Assembly: GCA_000934665.2 (NCBI GenBank)
Contig: KZ538678.1
Span: 1-54,128 of the forward strand
DNA length: 54,128 nt
Direction of reading: 5' to 3'
Source: Catajapyx aquilonaris
Lineage: Eukaryota
Of the stretch, positions 50,546 through 54,128 are shown one piece after another; position 1 is the first letter of the stretch, and every line of letters starts with the position of its first letter. The position numbers were made by a program, and so were the translations under genes. The notes under the pieces are model-generated. The model had not been told where the DNA came from and ran no database searches. It saw nothing but the letters and a program-made list of their open reading frames with translations.

Positions 50546-50802
50546 AGGTGGCGGAGTGGTTAGTGCTGCAGCCTTCTACCTCTAAGGTCCCGAGTTCGAT
50601 GCCCGGGTCGGACGGAGGATACTAATGTGGATAGAGTTTCGATGGGTACTCTCCGTGTTCGCGTGGGTTTTCACGGGGTTCTCTCGTTTCCTCCCGCAAT
50701 CAAAATCCATCACAGAACAGGCAATGATTAAAGACGGTTATTCAAAAGATGATCCCCTAAGAGGCCCAAGGAGGCCTCATCACGGGGTATCCATTATTTA
50801 TC

Positions 50803-50837
<35 letters not shown>
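50546..50837 (+). mobile_element. SINE family C (V-domain)
   Basis: Matches 31731-32028; TSD TTACATAACTGAA at 50533-50545 and 50838-50850. Confidence 0.9.
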
Positions 50838-50841
<4 letters not shown>

Positions 50842-51304
50842 ATAACTGAATGGTTATGAATAGGGGATTACTGCAAAAATGTCAAGGGTCACGAACTTTG
50901 ACCTACCAACATGACACGTAAATTTTAATCGAATATTTTTTTGGATGCTATTACCGGATTGTGCGTACCGTTTAGAATTGAAAGCCACCTTCTTCATGAA
51001 TGTGGGATGCACATTTACTGAAATAATCGGGTTATTGTACGCCACCGCGGTGGCGCCACCTACCTACTATGCCCAGATACAGGTGCAAGGCTTGTGTCAT
51101 TAGCCTTTTTACCACGTAAAGGCGCCACGTAGGCCTGAGAGATCTTGGTAGTAGGTAGTTAAGAATATTTTCCAGCGTTTTAAAGCGAAAAGCCTATAAA
51201 GCAGGTAAGTCCACTTACCATCTTATTTCAGAGAACCCTTCAATTGTATCTGTCCTTATACAAAATCGTCTCCTTTTTCCTTCCAATAATAATGTAATAA
51301 ACAA

Positions 51305-51427
51305 TGGGTGGAATTTTCGTCGCACTGCTAGTTATTACTGCTAAGTGCTAAATTAGGAGTGTCATGGCCAACACTGGCATTGCTCAGTTAGCAGTAACTA
51401 TAGCAGTGGAACAAAAATTCGACCCAA
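51305..51427. mobile_element. Small degenerate palindromic MITE
   Basis: TGGGTGGAATTTT..CACTGCTAGTTA / TAACTATAGCAGTG..AAAATTCGACCCA. Confidence 0.55.
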
Positions 51428-51706
51428 CCTTTACAAGTGTTTACGAAGTGGTTCAACAATAAGATGAGGTCCGAGAAATATGTATGTGAATATTATATGT
51501 CATGGAATGGGAATGGTCATGTTTCACTAGCTCTTCAGCATGATAGTGATTCCAGCAGACTATACGTATGTGTACACCCGACGATGATGTGATTTAGTAC
51601 GTGAATAATTATCAGTATGGATAATTATCTCTTTAACAAGATTTACATGCAGAAAAAGTACGGTACTAGCAAGAGCTCTTGGTACCAGAAAAGGATGGCA
51701 TTTTAC

Positions 51707-51842
51707 CTGTATACTTGGCAACGCCACGGAAGGTAACTCCATCTAGGAGGACGGGTTCGGAACGCCCTTTGGCATTGGCAGCGTAGAGTACCAGCTGAAA
51801 TGTTGCACCCGGCTCTAATCCGTGGACTGCAAAAGCTGGAAC
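51707..51842 (-). CDS. Sidestep/nephrin-like protein, FN3 C-terminal exon
   Basis: Acceptor TTTCTTTTTCATTTGTTCTAG, donor GTAAAA, 136 bp, phase 0 to 1: VPAFAVHGLEPGATFQLVLYAANAKGRSEPVLLDGVTFRGVAKYT(G). GLEPG and YAxNAKGRSEP are FN3 motifs typical of Side proteins. Absent from the ORF track. Confidence 0.9.
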
Positions 51843-52320
51843 CTAGAACAAATGAAAAAGAAATGTTTATTTTACAATACTGAAGTCAATACAGGAATAA
51901 GTCGATCAACTGAGGTTTGTGTTTCTGCGCCCTCCACTATCTTTATATGCAGCGGACACTCAAACGTAGGCTAAGTTATTTCAGGCCCTTCTTCTATTTT
52001 AATCATGTTGCTGACGTAGGGACATAATTATGTTTGAAGTCGAAATTTATTTATTTATTTCTCCGCGGGGAGGACTGCCTTGGGTAGAGGGCAGGGCGAA
52101 AGTTCGACCCTCTTAATTTGCACGCTTCGGGCTTAGCAGAGGTCGCAAGTGGACCTTATAAAATAATCCGGCAACTTTTTAAGGACGTCACTTTCTGAAT
52201 TTTTGACCGAAAATCTGAATTCCAAAGGTCTCAAACCAGTATTTGCATACGAGATTCGTGCCAGACAGGTTTCAAATATCTCCAGCATGATAACTTCAAC
52301 ATGATAAACTAAATGCATGC

Positions 52321-52634
52321 ACCGAAGCAGTAGTGGTGGAGTGGATAGGGTGTCCGACTGCAAATCGGGAGGTCCTGGGTTCGAATCCCGGAGGCCAGCG
52401 ACCCTGACCATGGTTTTCTGTGGTTTTACATGGCCCTTGCAGGATAATTCCGGGGTCGTTACCGTAATCATAGGCCACAGCCGCTTCCCTCCTTCCCTAT
52501 CCCTGCTTCATTCCGATGAGAAAAAGTAGTAAAAATGGAAGAGTTCCAGACAAAAAATTGGGAGAAATTCCCCCCTAGAAAAGCCCGGTAGGCTGATAAT
52601 GGGGTATCAAATTATTATTATTATTATTATTATT
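52321..52634 (+). mobile_element. SINE family D
   Basis: Matches 11640-11925; TSD AACTAAATGCATGC at 52307-52320 and 52635-52648. Confidence 0.9.
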
Positions 52635-53154
52635 AACTAAATGCATGCTTTTCGTAGTTATTTTGTTAATAGAGTATTACTGGACCACCTCGGAACTGGT
52701 CATGAACTTATTGGCAGAGCGTGGGAGAATGGCCAAAGCTGAACAGCAGCAAAATTTGCTTTCCCACATTGAAGGCACAGAAGAAGAGCAGGCCTACTTG
52801 AATAATTACAATCCCGATGGCGAATCTTTTCGCCAATGATAACTCCGGTTCGTCCCCAACAGCATGTCATACCCAATGTAAATAAGTATGTGAGAATAAA
52901 TTGCCATAAATTATATATTGATATTAAAAATAACTTATACTCTATAGTGGTGTTCCACCCCCTAAAAGGGAAAGTTCCCTCTAATGGGGTATATACAGTA
53001 TATAAAAAAATAATTTTACTGTATATGCCCTTGTAAGGGTACACACGAGCATAATACATACAGTATACTGTATACATGCGTGTTCAAAGGTATACACGCT
53101 TGTCCTTGTGGGCTTTTGTATTATACTGTAGCGATGAGCACATGACATATATTT

Positions 53155-53945
53155 GTATTTATTTTATTTATTTCATTTACCCCATTATCTGGCCAATTGG
53201 CCATTTTTAGGGGGACACAACCACCAAGCATTACATTAACCACAAAGCTGAATATGTTTTGCAACATTTGAAAAGAAAGAAACAAGGGCATAAATCTGAT
53301 CCTTGGACAAATCTGCAAACGCAAACAGTAACAATTCCGAAGATACAACAGAAAGGTCGCTCAAGTAGCTCTTTCGTGGGGTTTCGAATATTGGGCACTC
53401 GAATAATACATGGAGGGTCGTTAATTGAGTTTGACAGTGACACCAACTACAGTATGTTATCGTCACTTTCGATTTGTATGGGTACCTCATGATTGATTGG
53501 GATATATGGGGATTTGTTCCTCAGATTAACCAACATTCTTTGCGTATAAAGCGGCATACCGTATAATAAATGTGGTTCAATTTCGTGTGAGTGCTTAATC
53601 AACCATGATGGTATCTGTGCGTATCCTGGAGGCTGGTATTAAAGGAGCTGCTGACTCAAAAGGTGTTTGGACTTAAACAGCAACGCAGTGAGATCTGTCT
53701 GCAGGTCTTGCCAGGTTAGCCCAGTTGTGCCCAAAAAAAACTGAATACGAATTGCGCCAATTAGGTTTATTTGGGGTTGTGGAATATTCAAACGCATTAT
53801 GCAATATAGTGTCCTGCTTTGCTTGACTAAACTTACTGATTAACTTCGAGGTTTGTTTTATTAATGTAAAAGAAATAGGAGTCTGTCCAGTTTCAAGGTA
53901 AACAAAGTATGAAGCAGTATTCTTGGGCAATCTTAAAAGCTTCGA
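53155..53945 (-). mobile_element. LINE 3' fragment (post-RT region, zinc knuckle, 3' UTR)
   Basis: LPKNTASYFVYLETGQTPI and CSWCHCQTQLTTLHVLFECP, with stops between them; 3' UTR hairpin followed by an (AAAT)n tail. Confidence 0.8.
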
Positions 53946-53968
53946 AGGCCAGCTGGACCTGGTTCATC

Positions 53969-54128
53969 CGGAGCGGGTCATTTCACCGACACCCACCTGG
54001 CCGACAGGCCATTTCACCGACAGACATTTCACCGACAGACATTTCACCGACATACCCATTCCACAGACAGGCCATTTCACCGACAAGCCATTTCACCGAC
54101 ATACTCATTCCACCGACAAGCCATTTCA
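53969..54128. repeat. Tandem CATTTCACCGACA subrepeats, probably the end of a non-autonomous DNA transposon
   Basis: About 9 copies of a 13-17-bp unit running off the window end, starting near where LINE homology stops. Confidence 0.75.

Overview
Repeat-rich eukaryotic DNA, most likely arthropod (inferred from a Sidestep-family gene and TTAGG arrays). The one convincing host gene is on the minus strand and is only partly visible in the ORF track: four phase-compatible exons (51707-51842, 38659-38925, 36942-37114, 32994-33260) encode the end of an FN3 domain, a transmembrane helix, a DPDIIP motif and a C-terminal ESCI of a Sidestep/nephrin-like Ig-superfamily protein. The rest is layered mobile DNA: at least four tRNA-headed SINE families (one with a V-domain), three LINE 3' fragments, a solo LTR, mariner/Tc1 remnants, many MITEs and palindromes (including a 2.28-kb foldback element in the gene's last intron), and a decayed ankyrin-repeat sequence split by nested insertions. 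The most system-like signal is that SINEs with different heads end in one of two covarying 3' RNA hairpins, one of which also ends the LINE fragment at 53.2 kb. All calls were made by eye, without alignments or database searches; family names come from recalled motifs.
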